Translations under genes and position numbers: made by a program
The notes under the pieces: model-generated
What the model was told of the DNA's origin: nothing
The model's input: only the letters and a program-made list of their open reading frames with translations
Database searches by the model: none
Assembly: GCA_029210645.1 (NCBI GenBank)
Contig: JARGFT010000006.1
Location: forward strand, 25,061-89,060
Length of the DNA stretch: 64,000 bases
Direction of reading: 5' to 3'
Origin: Anaerosomatales bacterium
GTDB lineage: Bacteria; Actinomycetota; Coriobacteriia; Anaerosomatales; SLCP01
In this document: positions 54,573 through 63,626 of the stretch, piece after piece
How positions within the stretch are numbered: the stretch's first letter is position 1
Layout: every line of letters begins with the position of its first letter

Positions 54573-55057
54573 TGCTCGCAACCGTCCTTCCCCTGTCCGA
54601 AGTCCACCTCCCCCTTCAGCCGTGCATTGCGCACATCGCTGAAGGGGATGCGGACGGTTTTGCCGTCGACATCCAGCGCGATCACGTCATCTGCGACGCC
54701 GCGGATCGTGCCGGTGAATCTGGTGCGCCCGTCGAGCGGACGCGTCTTGAGCATGGCCGTCGAACCCTGGAAACGCTCGAAGTCACCGAGCTTCCTCAGT
54801 GGGCGATCGATGCCCGGTGACGACACCTCGAGCGTGTAGGCCCGCTCGAACGGCTCGCGTTCGTCCAGAAGGGCGGCGACCCAGCTGTTGGCTTCGCAGA
54901 TATCGTCGAGTCCGATGCCCCCCTCTTTGTCGAGGAAGACACGGAGGATCGGGTGTCCGTGGCCACCGGCGAGCTCCACCGCGACGAGTTCGAACCCGTG
55001 GCTGAGCGCAGCGGGCGCGAGCGCCTCTTCCAAGTGCGCTTCGAGTTCCGTTGACAC
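54569..55057 (-). CDS. rimP: ribosome maturation factor RimP
   Basis: GTG 55057 is preceded by GGAGG at 8 nt. LEVSSPGIDRPL motif. Confidence 0.92.
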   Translation of the reverse strand: MSTELEAHLEEALAPAALSHGFELVAVELAGGHGHPILRVFLDKEGGIGLDDICEANSWVAALLDEREPFERAYTLEVSSPGIDRPLRKLGDFERFQGSTAMLKTRPLDGRTRFTGTIRGVADDVIALDVDGKTVRIPFSDVRNARLKGEVDFGQGKDGCEQ

Positions 55058-55077
55058 GTTACCGACCTCCTTCCAGA

Positions 55078-55105
55078 CGAAAAGAAGCGGGGGTTACCCA
55101 CTTCT
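55078..55105 (-). terminator. terminator-like hairpin inside the rimP-nusA leader (candidate attenuator)
   Basis: Minus-strand RNA AGAAGUGGG-UAACC-CCCGCUUCU (9 pairs including one G-U) followed by UUUCG. It ends 25 nt upstream of the rimP GTG. Confidence 0.45.
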
Positions 55106-55131
55106 CGCAGGACACGCTGTAGACCTCGCTG

Positions 55132-55140
55132 ATTCTAACA
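55132..55140 (-). promoter_or_regulatory. putative rimP-nusA-infB operon promoter, extended -10 TGTTAGAAT
   Basis: Minus strand TGTTAGAAT, about 75 nt upstream of the rimP GTG. Confidence 0.45.
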
Positions 55141-55222
55141 CACCCCTGTACGCACGAGAACCGACCCGAGCCGGTGGCGTAGCAGGGCCTATGGAGACGA
55201 AGGATGCGGCGTATGTAGCCCG

Positions 55223-56950
55223 TTAGCGGTACCGGGGGCGCTCCTCACGGACGCGCGTGGCGAGCGCCCCGGCGAGCTCCTCGACGGGGACCTCGCTACG
55301 CTCACCGGTCGCGCGGTCCTTGAGTTCGACGACTCCGGCTGCAACACCTCGCTTGCCGACGACGACCTGGTACGGGTAGCCGATGAGATCGGCGTCGGCG
55401 AACTTGACGCCCGCGCGCTCGTCACGATCGTCGATGATCACTTCGACACCGGCGCGGGCGAGCTCACGCCAGAGACTCTCCGCGACCGGCCAGACCGTCT
55501 CGTCATCGACCGCAAGCGGGACGACCGCGACTTCCAGCGGTGCCACCGAGATCGGCCAGACGATACCGGCATCATCGTGGTGCTGCTCGATCACAGCGGC
55601 GAGAGAGCGCGTGATGCCGACACCGTAGCAGCCCATGAGGAAAGGCCGCTCGGTACCGTCCTCGGCTGTGAAGGTGGCGCCGAGAGATTCCGAGTACTTG
55701 GTGCCGAGCTGGAAGACCTGGCTGACCTCGATGCCCCGGGCGCCCAGCAGCGTTCCGCCGCAGACCGGACAGCCGTCCCCCGGCTCCGCCACGACGAGGT
55801 CCGCCCAGATGCCCACTGTGAAGTCACGGCCTGGCATGGCCCCGACGAGATGGTAGTCGTTCTCGTTGGCGCCGATCCCCCAGGCGACTTCGTCGCGCAG
55901 CGAGACGTCGGCGACGACCACGGTGCCCTCAGGCGGCGAGACCGGACCGAGCGAGCCCTTGGGGATGCCGTAGGCTGCGAAGTCCTCCTCGGCCAACAGC
56001 TCCACGCCGGGGACGGCGCGGCCGGCCTTCACATCGTTGAGCTCGCGGTCTCCAGGGATGCAGAAGAAGACGAGCGTGCCGTCGGGGGTCTTGCCTGCCA
56101 TCGTCTTGACGGTGTCGTGTGCCGAGGTGCCCAGGAACTCGGCGAGCTCGGCGATCGTTCTGATGTCCGGGGTGTGGACTCGCTCCATGGGTCTGGGCTC
56201 GACGGTGCCCGGCGTGCGCGGAACCACGGTGCCCGCCGCTTCGACGTTGGCGGCCCATCCGCACTCGCAGTAGACGAGCGCCGCCTCACCCGTCTCCGCA
56301 AGCGCCATGAACTCGGTGGTCACCGAGCCGCCGATCTGCCCGGAGTCGGCCTCGACCGGCCGGTAGACCAGGCCGAGACGTTCGCAGATGCGTCCGTACG
56401 CACGAGCCTGATCGTCGTAGTGTTCCTGCAGCGAGGCCTGGGAGTCGTGGAAGGAGTAGGCGTCCTTCATAATGAACTCACGGCCGCGGAGCAGCCCGAA
56501 GCGGGGGCGCATCTCATCGCGGAACTTGAGGTTGATCTGGTAGAGCGAGAGCGGCAGATCGCGATAGGAGCGGACCTCGCCCCGAACGAGTGCGGTGATG
56601 ATCTCCTCGTGCGTGGGCGCGAGGCAGAACTCCCGGCCCTGCCTGTCGTGAAGCCGTGCGAGTTCGGGTCCGTAGGCGTCCCATCGTCCCGAGTCCTGCC
56701 AGAGCTCCGCGGGTTGCACGAAGGGAAGCAGGACCTCCTGGGACCCGATCGCATCCATCTCCTCGCGCACGATCTGCTCGATCTTGCGCACGCTTCGCCA
56801 GCCGAGCGGAAGAAACGTGTAGATGCCCGCAGCTGCTTTGCGGATCAGGCCGGCACGCAGCAGGAGGCGGTGTGAGGCGATCTCGGCCTCGGCGGGATCC
56901 TCCTTGAGGGTCGGAACGTGCAGGTGGCTCATGCGCAGTGCGACGGTCAT
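55223..56950 (-). CDS. proS: proline--tRNA ligase (bacterial type with INS editing domain)
   Basis: ATG 56950 (MTVALRMSHLHVPTLKEDPAEAEI), alternative ATG 56932. The 82 upstream codons in the track ORF are Arg/Ser/Pro-rich non-homologous sequence. Confidence 0.92.
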   Translation of the reverse strand: MTVALRMSHLHVPTLKEDPAEAEIASHRLLLRAGLIRKAAAGIYTFLPLGWRSVRKIEQIVREEMDAIGSQEVLLPFVQPAELWQDSGRWDAYGPELARLHDRQGREFCLAPTHEEIITALVRGEVRSYRDLPLSLYQINLKFRDEMRPRFGLLRGREFIMKDAYSFHDSQASLQEHYDDQARAYGRICERLGLVYRPVEADSGQIGGSVTTEFMALAETGEAALVYCECGWAANVEAAGTVVPRTPGTVEPRPMERVHTPDIRTIAELAEFLGTSAHDTVKTMAGKTPDGTLVFFCIPGDRELNDVKAGRAVPGVELLAEEDFAAYGIPKGSLGPVSPPEGTVVVADVSLRDEVAWGIGANENDYHLVGAMPGRDFTVGIWADLVVAEPGDGCPVCGGTLLGARGIEVSQVFQLGTKYSESLGATFTAEDGTERPFLMGCYGVGITRSLAAVIEQHHDDAGIVWPISVAPLEVAVVPLAVDDETVWPVAESLWRELARAGVEVIIDDRDERAGVKFADADLIGYPYQVVVGKRGVAAGVVELKDRATGERSEVPVEELAGALATRVREERPRYR

Positions 56951-57050
56951 GCGTCTCTCACTTCCGGTGTGGCAGCGGTCGTCAGAGCGACCTCGGGTAT
57001 CGGCAGACAGGATAGCGCATGAAGGCCAGTGCGCGAGCGAGAGGGCGCGT

Positions 57051-58109
57051 CTACCCGCGTTCCAGGGTGTCGATCTCCTGCATGAGGGCGTCGACGATCT
57101 GGTCTTCGGGCACCTTGCGAAGGGGGCGTCCCTTGGCGAAGACCATGCCGACACCCTTTCCCGCCGCCACCCCGATGTCCGCCTCGCGCGCCTCACCCGG
57201 GCCGTTGACCACGCAACCCATGACGGCGACCTTCAGACCGGCACTGCGGCCCCGAAGCCTGCGCTCGACCTCGGTCGCGATCGGGATGAGATCGACCTCG
57301 CAGCGCCCGCACGTCGGGCAGCTCACCAGCTCGGGTGTGCGCCGCCTCAGGTCAAGTGCGGCCAGGATCTCCCAGCCGACAAGGACTTCATCGACCGGAT
57401 CGGCGGTGAGCGAGACACGCAGCGTATCTCCGATGCCCTCTGCCAGCAGGATGCCGAGGCCAACGGCGGACTTCACGGTGCCCGTCCTCGACGTCCCCGC
57501 CTCGGTCACACCGAGGTGGAGCGGGTAGGGCAGCTGGTCGGCGAGCGCGCGGTATGCATCGACGGTGGAAGCGACGCTCGATGCCTTGGCGGACACGACG
57601 ATCTCTTCGAAACCGCGTCCACGGAAGTGATCGCAGAACGCCACGGCACTGGCGACAAGCTTGTCGGCGAGCGGCCAGTCGCGATCGCGGTACTCCTCGG
57701 CAAGCGAGCCGGCATTGACCCCGATGCGGATGGGAATACCCGCCTCACCGGCCGCATCGATGACCGCGTCCACGCGCTCCGCAGACCCGATGTTGCCCGG
57801 ATTGATCCGCAGCTTCGCCGCACCGGTGCGTGCGGCTTCGATCGCGAGCGTGTGATCGAAGTGAACGTCGGCGACGACGGGGATCGGCGAGGAGGCACAG
57901 ATGGCGGCGAAGCCGTCGAGTGCCTCGGAGCGAGGGATGGCGACGCGCACGATCTCGCAGCCGGCGTCGGCGAGCGCTGTGATCTGTTCGAGCGTTGCGG
58001 CGGGGTCACGTGTGTCGGTGGTGGTCATCGACTGGACGGTGACGGGTGCACGGCCGCCGACCGGCACCGTGCCCACCATGACCGGTCGGGTCTCGCGCCT
58101 CTCTGGCAT
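57051..58109 (-). CDS. ispG: 4-hydroxy-3-methylbut-2-en-1-yl diphosphate synthase
   Basis: RVAIP...DVHFDH...LRINPGNIG. C-terminal cluster Cys residues CPTCGRC...GCVVNGPGE. Confidence 0.94.
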   Translation of the reverse strand: MPERRETRPVMVGTVPVGGRAPVTVQSMTTTDTRDPAATLEQITALADAGCEIVRVAIPRSEALDGFAAICASSPIPVVADVHFDHTLAIEAARTGAAKLRINPGNIGSAERVDAVIDAAGEAGIPIRIGVNAGSLAEEYRDRDWPLADKLVASAVAFCDHFRGRGFEEIVVSAKASSVASTVDAYRALADQLPYPLHLGVTEAGTSRTGTVKSAVGLGILLAEGIGDTLRVSLTADPVDEVLVGWEILAALDLRRRTPELVSCPTCGRCEVDLIPIATEVERRLRGRSAGLKVAVMGCVVNGPGEAREADIGVAAGKGVGMVFAKGRPLRKVPEDQIVDALMQEIDTLERG

Positions 58110-58126
58110 CTTTCGGCCTCCTCGGA

Positions 58127-59392
58127 TCAGCCCTGGATGAAGTAGCGCACAACGTCTGCGTACATGAGGTATCCGATGAGCGAGAAGAGCAGAATCGCCC
58201 CGGACAGGCTGAGCCCGAGGGAGAATCTGCGGCCGAGCGGGCGACCCGCGGCCGCCTCGACGAGCTCAAGTGCAACCTTGCCGCCGTCCAGGGGCGGTAT
58301 GGGCAGGATGTTCATCACGCCGAGCGAGAGCGAGAGCAGTGCGACGATCCATGCGTAGTTGAGGGGGCCTGTACGCGCTGCCTCGGCCACCTCGACGGTG
58401 ATCCCGACGATGCTGCGGGCACCCTCGACCGACTCCTGGAAGGTGTCCGGCGAGAAGAACCGTCCGATCGCCGCAAACACCATACCGGTGAGGCGCACAC
58501 TCTCGACAGCAGCCTCGCCGATAGAGGGGTTGACGTGTTCGACGTCGGAGACCACGCCGAGGACCGGCGCTCCGGTATCGGACTGGCCGATGGTGACGGA
58601 GACGCGCTCGGACCGGTCGTTGCGTACGAACCCGACATCCACGGTCTCGCCAGGCTCCCGCGCCGATATCTCTTGCGTAAGCGTCATCCAGTCCTCGACG
58701 GCGGTTCCCCCGATCGAGGTGATCCGGTCGCCGGCGGCAAGTCCGGCCTGCTCGGCCCCCGAGCCGGGCTGGACGTCGTAGAGCGTGAGTGACTGCGTAT
58801 AGTAGCCCCACACGCCGAGAACGAACGTGAACACGAGGAGAGCGGTCAGAAGGTTCGTCAGGACGCCCATGGAGAGCACCGTGATGCGCTTGGGCCTGGA
58901 GAGCGCCCGGTAGGTGACCGCGCGTGCCGTATCCAGCAGCGCGGTGGCATCGGTGTGCTCGTCGCCTTCGAGGGTCGCGAGGTAGGAGATCTCATCATCG
59001 GTTGCAGGTGCCAGCGCGCCCCAATCCGCAAGCGTCGCAAGCAGCCTGGAGGCGTGCTCGACCTCGACTCCGATCTCGCCGGACAGCCGGTTCGCATCCG
59101 TCCTTCGGGCGAGTGTTGCGGCCTTGAGCGCGGGTCCGAGCAGTTCGTCTTCCGGCCCAGGCTCCATGCCTGCGATGCGCACGTAGCCACCGAGTGGGAT
59201 AGCGGTCACCCCGAACATCGTGCCGCTGCGCTTGCTGCGGAATCGAATGGCGGGTCCGGGGAGGCCGACCATGAACTCGTGCACCTTCACGCCGAACGCA
59301 CGAGCGGCCAGGAAGTGGCCGCCTTCGTGCAACACGACGAGGATCGAGAAGGTCAGAACTCCCCAGAGGATTGTGGATATCGCGTCGGGCAT
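58127..59392 (-). CDS. rseP: RIP metalloprotease RseP/Rip1 (M50 site-2 protease with PDZ)
   Basis: ATG 59392 gives MPDAISTILWGVLTFSILVVLHEGGHFLAAR (HExxH). PDZ region. NILPIPPLDGG motif. Confidence 0.9.
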   Translation of the reverse strand: MPDAISTILWGVLTFSILVVLHEGGHFLAARAFGVKVHEFMVGLPGPAIRFRSKRSGTMFGVTAIPLGGYVRIAGMEPGPEDELLGPALKAATLARRTDANRLSGEIGVEVEHASRLLATLADWGALAPATDDEISYLATLEGDEHTDATALLDTARAVTYRALSRPKRITVLSMGVLTNLLTALLVFTFVLGVWGYYTQSLTLYDVQPGSGAEQAGLAAGDRITSIGGTAVEDWMTLTQEISAREPGETVDVGFVRNDRSERVSVTIGQSDTGAPVLGVVSDVEHVNPSIGEAAVESVRLTGMVFAAIGRFFSPDTFQESVEGARSIVGITVEVAEAARTGPLNYAWIVALLSLSLGVMNILPIPPLDGGKVALELVEAAAGRPLGRRFSLGLSLSGAILLFSLIGYLMYADVVRYFIQG

Positions 59393-59467
59393 GTGCTCCC
59401 TTTCAGGTGAGTCCGGTATCGCAGGCGTGCGCACCACAGGTGCAAAGAGCGCGCCAGAGACGGTGGA

Positions 59468-60610
59468 TCAGAGTGCCTTGAGTGCGGCGTCGCGGGCCCA
59501 ACGGTCGACCGCCTCCACCTGTTCGACGGAGACGAGTTGCCCCGGCTCGTGCGCATTCATGACTGTTTCGACCACGCGGTCGATATCGGTCAGGCGGCAA
59601 CGGCCAGCCAGGAACGCTTCAACCGCGATCTCGTTGGCGGCATTAAGGACGGCGGGCAGCGTGCCCCCTTCCTTCCCCGCCTCCAGTGCCAGAGCGAGGC
59701 AGCGAAACGTTTCGACGTCCGGTGGCTCGAAGTCGAGCGAACCCAGGGTCGTGAAGTCGACGGGCTCGATCGGTGCGGGCCAACGGCGCGGATGACTGAA
59801 TGCGTACTGGATCGGGATGCGCATGTCCGTAGCACCGAGGTGTGCTTTCACGGAGCCATCTGCGAACTCGACCATCGAGTGCACGCAGGACTGCGGGTGG
59901 ACGACGATGGAGATCCGATCGTAGTCGGCGGCGAAGAGATGGTGCGCCTCGATAGCCTCGAGCCCCTTGTTCATGAGCGTGGCCGAGTCGACGGTGATCT
60001 TCGGGCCCATCGTCCACGTGGGGTGGGCGAGCGCCGCGGCGGCATCCACCCCGGCCAGGAAGGTTCGGTCCCTCCCGCGGAACGGGCCTCCCGAGGCGGT
60101 CAGCCAGATGCGTTCCACGTCTCGCTCGTCCTCGCCGAGAAGGCACTGGAAGATCGCCGAGTGTTCGGAGTCGACCGGGAGGATGTTCCCCGGTCGCGCG
60201 AGCGCGGTCACCAGTTCTCCGCCCACGACCAGCGACTCCTTGTTGGCGAGCGCAAGGACCTTGCCCGAGCTGAGGGCGGCCATTGTCGCGCGCAAACCGG
60301 CCGCACCGACCAGCGCATTCAAGACGACGTCGACCTCGGGGTGGGATGCAAGTGCAACCACGGCGTCCGGTCCGGCGCCAACATCGACACCGGGAAGCGC
60401 TTTCGCTGCTGAGTGAGCAGCCTCCGGGTCGTCGAGCGCGACCGCTATCGGATGGCATGCACGGGCTTGTTCGGCAAGGAGCCAGTGATTGGACCCGACA
60501 GCCAGCGCGGTGATGCGAACTCTATCAGGCATGCGGGACGCGACGTCGAGTGCTTGCCGGCCGATCGATCCGGTCGAGCCGAGAACCGCGACCCGCAGCG
60601 CACCGCTCAT
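59468..60610 (-). CDS. dxr: 1-deoxy-D-xylulose 5-phosphate reductoisomerase
   Basis: VAVLGSTGSIGRQALDV NADPH motif, LANKESLV, DSEHSAIFQC. Confidence 0.95.
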   Translation of the reverse strand: MSGALRVAVLGSTGSIGRQALDVASRMPDRVRITALAVGSNHWLLAEQARACHPIAVALDDPEAAHSAAKALPGVDVGAGPDAVVALASHPEVDVVLNALVGAAGLRATMAALSSGKVLALANKESLVVGGELVTALARPGNILPVDSEHSAIFQCLLGEDERDVERIWLTASGGPFRGRDRTFLAGVDAAAALAHPTWTMGPKITVDSATLMNKGLEAIEAHHLFAADYDRISIVVHPQSCVHSMVEFADGSVKAHLGATDMRIPIQYAFSHPRRWPAPIEPVDFTTLGSLDFEPPDVETFRCLALALEAGKEGGTLPAVLNAANEIAVEAFLAGRCRLTDIDRVVETVMNAHEPGQLVSVEQVEAVDRWARDAALKAL

Positions 60611-61437
60611 CGGATGCCGCCCGCGAGGAGCAGGTAGTATGCGATGACGCTTACGAGCAGCAGACTGTCGATCCGGTCGAGGAAGCCGCCGTGACCCGGC
60701 ATAAGGTTGCCCGAGTCCTTGACCCCCACCTCACGCTTGATGCGTGACTCGAACAGGTCGCCAACCAGCGCGGCGAGTGCGAGCGCGATGCCGATCACTA
60801 TGCGCCACGAGAGCGTCAGCGTCGTCTCGACGAGCAGCGGGAGTGCGAGCCAGACCCCGACCGTCCCGAGCGTCCCGGTAACGAATCCCTCCCATGACTT
60901 GGCCGGAGAGATGCGAGGGGCAAGTTTGTGGGATCCGATGAGCGATCCGACGAAGTACGCGAGCACGTCGCTCGCCCACACTCCGATCAGGACGGCGAGT
61001 GCGAGAAAGACTCCGTCTTCGAGGCCTCGTATCAACACGAAGTGAGCGAGCGCGAACCCGACGTAGGCCGCTCCGAAGACGACCAGCGTCGTATCGGCGA
61101 TGCGCAGGTTGACGAAGTAGACGTGCCAGACGAGCGATGCCGCGACGAGTGCAGTCATCACCAGAAAGAGCGCGGACAAGCCCCACAAGGATGCGACCAC
61201 CGGCATCGCCGCGACCGCTACGAACCCGCAGAACTCGGCGAGGGTGCGACGTTCCCTGCGCGTCATCCGGTAGAGCTCGGATACTGCGAGAGCGCCGAGT
61301 GCCGCCATGAGGATGGCGAGCGGCAGGTGCCCGCCGAAGTAGATCACCCAGACCAGCACCGCGCCGTACAGCACGCCGGTCGCGATCCGGACCGGAAGCG
61401 AGGAGAACGGGCCTGTGGTTCGCTCGGCCATACTCAT
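60607..61437 (-). CDS. cdsA: phosphatidate cytidylyltransferase
   Basis: C-terminal signature SRIKREVGVKDSGNLMPGHGGFLDRIDS. Multi-TM protein. ATGA overlaps on both sides. Confidence 0.92.
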   Translation of the reverse strand: MSMAERTTGPFSSLPVRIATGVLYGAVLVWVIYFGGHLPLAILMAALGALAVSELYRMTRRERRTLAEFCGFVAVAAMPVVASLWGLSALFLVMTALVAASLVWHVYFVNLRIADTTLVVFGAAYVGFALAHFVLIRGLEDGVFLALAVLIGVWASDVLAYFVGSLIGSHKLAPRISPAKSWEGFVTGTLGTVGVWLALPLLVETTLTLSWRIVIGIALALAALVGDLFESRIKREVGVKDSGNLMPGHGGFLDRIDSLLLVSVIAYYLLLAGGIR

Positions 61438-62210
61438 CGTCCTCCGAAACGGCGCTCGCGCGACTCGAACTCGACGAGTGCGCGAAGGAACTCGTAGCGG
61501 TCGAAGTCCGGCCAGAGCGTATCGGTTACCCAGATCTCGCTGTACGCGATCTGCCAGAGCAGGAAGTTCGAGACGCGCATCTCCCCGCTCGTACGGATGA
61601 GAAGATCCGGATCGGGCACTTCAGGTAGATAGAGGTGGCGGGAGAAGGCGACCTCATCGATCGCACCTGCGTCGAGCTCGCCAGAGGCCACGTCCGCCGC
61701 AAGCGCTTGCGTTGCATGGACGATCTCGGTGCGTCCTCCGTAGTTGAGGGCGACCACGAGGGTCAGGGCCTGATTGGCGGCGGTCCGTTCGACCGTCGAG
61801 CGGAAGGCCTCGGCAGTCTCGGTAGGCAGGCCAGCGAGGTCTCCACTGACGAGCACACGGACGTGCATCTTTTCGAGGTTGCCGAGTTCGCGTTCGAGAA
61901 CCTCGACGAACAGCCGCATGAGACCGGAGACCTCATCGGCCGGCCGGGACCAGTTCTCGGAGCTGAAGGAGTAGATCGTCAGGAACTCGACACCCAGCTC
62001 GATCGCAGCGGCGATCAGCTCACGGACGGCCTTTGCACCGGCGCGGTGTCCGGCGACCCGGGGAAGGTTCCTGGCTGACGCCCACCTGCCGTTGCCGTCC
62101 ATGATGACGGCGACGTGGCGGGGAGTGCGCGCGGTTTCGAGGTGCTCCAGAAGCTCCGGGCCCGGATCATCGGAGAAGAAATCAGCACGGGAGTCTGCAG
62201 AGGGAGACAA
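61434..62210 (-). CDS. uppS: isoprenyl transferase (undecaprenyl diphosphate synthase)
   Basis: HVAVIMDGNGRWA, IRTSGEMRVSNFLLWQIAYSE. Confidence 0.94.
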   Translation of the reverse strand: MSPSADSRADFFSDDPGPELLEHLETARTPRHVAVIMDGNGRWASARNLPRVAGHRAGAKAVRELIAAAIELGVEFLTIYSFSSENWSRPADEVSGLMRLFVEVLERELGNLEKMHVRVLVSGDLAGLPTETAEAFRSTVERTAANQALTLVVALNYGGRTEIVHATQALAADVASGELDAGAIDEVAFSRHLYLPEVPDPDLLIRTSGEMRVSNFLLWQIAYSEIWVTDTLWPDFDRYEFLRALVEFESRERRFGGR

Positions 62211-62214
62211 ACCC

Positions 62215-62772
62215 TCAGACCTCCATGATCTCGGCTTCTTTGCGGGTCAGCGTCTCGTCGATCTGCGCAACGTGCACATCAGTGGCCTTCTGGATTTCGG
62301 CCTCGGCGCGGTGAAGCTCGTCCTGGCTGATCTCCCCGTCGCGCTCGGAGCGCTTGAGCTTGTCGTTGGCGTCGCGTCGGATGTTGCGCACCGCGACCCG
62401 GGCTTCCTCCGCGTAGTTCTTGCAGAGCTTGACGAGTTCCTTGCGTCGTTCCTCGGTAAGCGGCGGGAAGGGCACGCGGATGACCTGTCCGTCGTTGGCC
62501 GGGTTCAGTCCGAGGTCGGACGAGAGAATCGCCTTCTCGATGGCCTTGATGGCCGTCTTGTCGTAGGGCTGGATGACGAGAAGTTGCGGCTCCGGTGCCG
62601 TCACCGTCGCGATCTGCAGAAGCGGGGTCGCGACACCGTAGTAGTCCACGAGGACCTTCTCCAGGATGGAGCCGGAGGCACGGCCCGTCCTCACGGTCGC
62701 GAACTCGTGTCCCAGTGCGGTTACCGACTTGTCCATGTGGTCGTCAGCGTCCTTGAGTATCTCCTTGATCAT
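62215..62772 (-). CDS. frr: ribosome recycling factor
   Basis: ATG 62772 overlaps the pyrH stop (ATGA). [17 protein letters not shown]...VRTGRAS...NIRRDAND. 185 aa. Confidence 0.95.
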   Translation of the reverse strand: MIKEILKDADDHMDKSVTALGHEFATVRTGRASGSILEKVLVDYYGVATPLLQIATVTAPEPQLLVIQPYDKTAIKAIEKAILSSDLGLNPANDGQVIRVPFPPLTEERRKELVKLCKNYAEEARVAVRNIRRDANDKLKRSERDGEISQDELHRAEAEIQKATDVHVAQIDETLTRKEAEIMEV

Positions 62773-63494
62773 CCCCTGTCTCCCCTCACGATCGTGCCCA
62801 CGGGTTCGCCCATAAGTGCCCGTTCGATGTTGCCATCCGTTTCCATGTTGAATACGAGAATCGGCAGGTTGTTGTCCATACTCAGCGAGATCGCGGTGTT
62901 GTCCATGACCTTCAGGCCACGGCTGAGGACCTCGATGTAGGGCAATTCGTCGAACTTGACTGCATCGGGGTTGGTGGCGGGGTCGGAGTCGTACACGCCG
63001 TCGACCTTGGTCGCCTTCATGATGCACTCCGCGCCGATCTCGAGTGCCCGCAGTGCGGCCGTGGTGTCGGTGGTGAAGTACGGGTTGCCCGTGCCAGCGG
63101 CGAAGATGACGACGCGACCCTTCTCGATGTGGCGAATCGCCCTGCGCCGGATGTAGGGCTCGGCAACCGCCTGCATCTCGATCGCGGACATGACGCGTGT
63201 GAAGACCGAGTGGCGCTCCAGAGCATCCTGCAGCGCGAGGGCGTTCATCACGGTGGCAAGCATGCCCATGAAGTCGGCCTGGGCACGATCCATGCCCGTT
63301 GACGCGGCAGCCAGACCCCGGAAGATGTTGCCCCCGCCGACGACGATCGCCACCTCAACGCCAGCCTGATTCACGGTGCGGATCTGGCGCGAAAGCGAAT
63401 CGAGCACGAGAGGATCGATCCCGTAGCCGGCATCGCCCATGAGCGCTTCGCCGGACAGTTTCAGCAGGACGCGACGGAACCGGTAGTCTCCCAC
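62769..63494 (-). CDS. pyrH: UMP kinase
   Basis: [11 protein letters not shown]...[10 protein letters not shown]...[14 protein letters not shown]. Confidence 0.95.
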   Translation of the reverse strand: MGDYRFRRVLLKLSGEALMGDAGYGIDPLVLDSLSRQIRTVNQAGVEVAIVVGGGNIFRGLAAASTGMDRAQADFMGMLATVMNALALQDALERHSVFTRVMSAIEMQAVAEPYIRRRAIRHIEKGRVVIFAAGTGNPYFTTDTTAALRALEIGAECIMKATKVDGVYDSDPATNPDAVKFDELPYIEVLSRGLKVMDNTAISLSMDNNLPILVFNMETDGNIERALMGEPVGTIVRGDRG

Positions 63495-63552
63495 GCCTCT
63501 CCCCTCTCATCGGTTGTGTCGGTGACGGCACATCCCCTACAGCATACAGCAC

Positions 63553-63582
63553 GCGGGCCGGTACTTGTGGGTACCGGCCCGC
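63553..63582 (-). terminator. perfect 12-bp hairpin downstream of tsf
   Basis: gcgggccggtac-ttgtgg-gtaccggcccgc, 45 nt after the tsf stop. The downstream tail GUGCUGUAUGCUGU is only moderately U-rich. Confidence 0.5.
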
Positions 63583-63626
63583 GCTCGTCACGCTGCGGTT
63601 ACCCGCCGCGCGTGCGCTCCTACAGA

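Noticed and set aside
56951-57050. T-box or other leader upstream of proS.
   Set aside because: A 100-nt gap cannot hold a T-box, and no T-box sequence (AGGGUGGNACCGCG-like) or specifier-loop architecture is visible.
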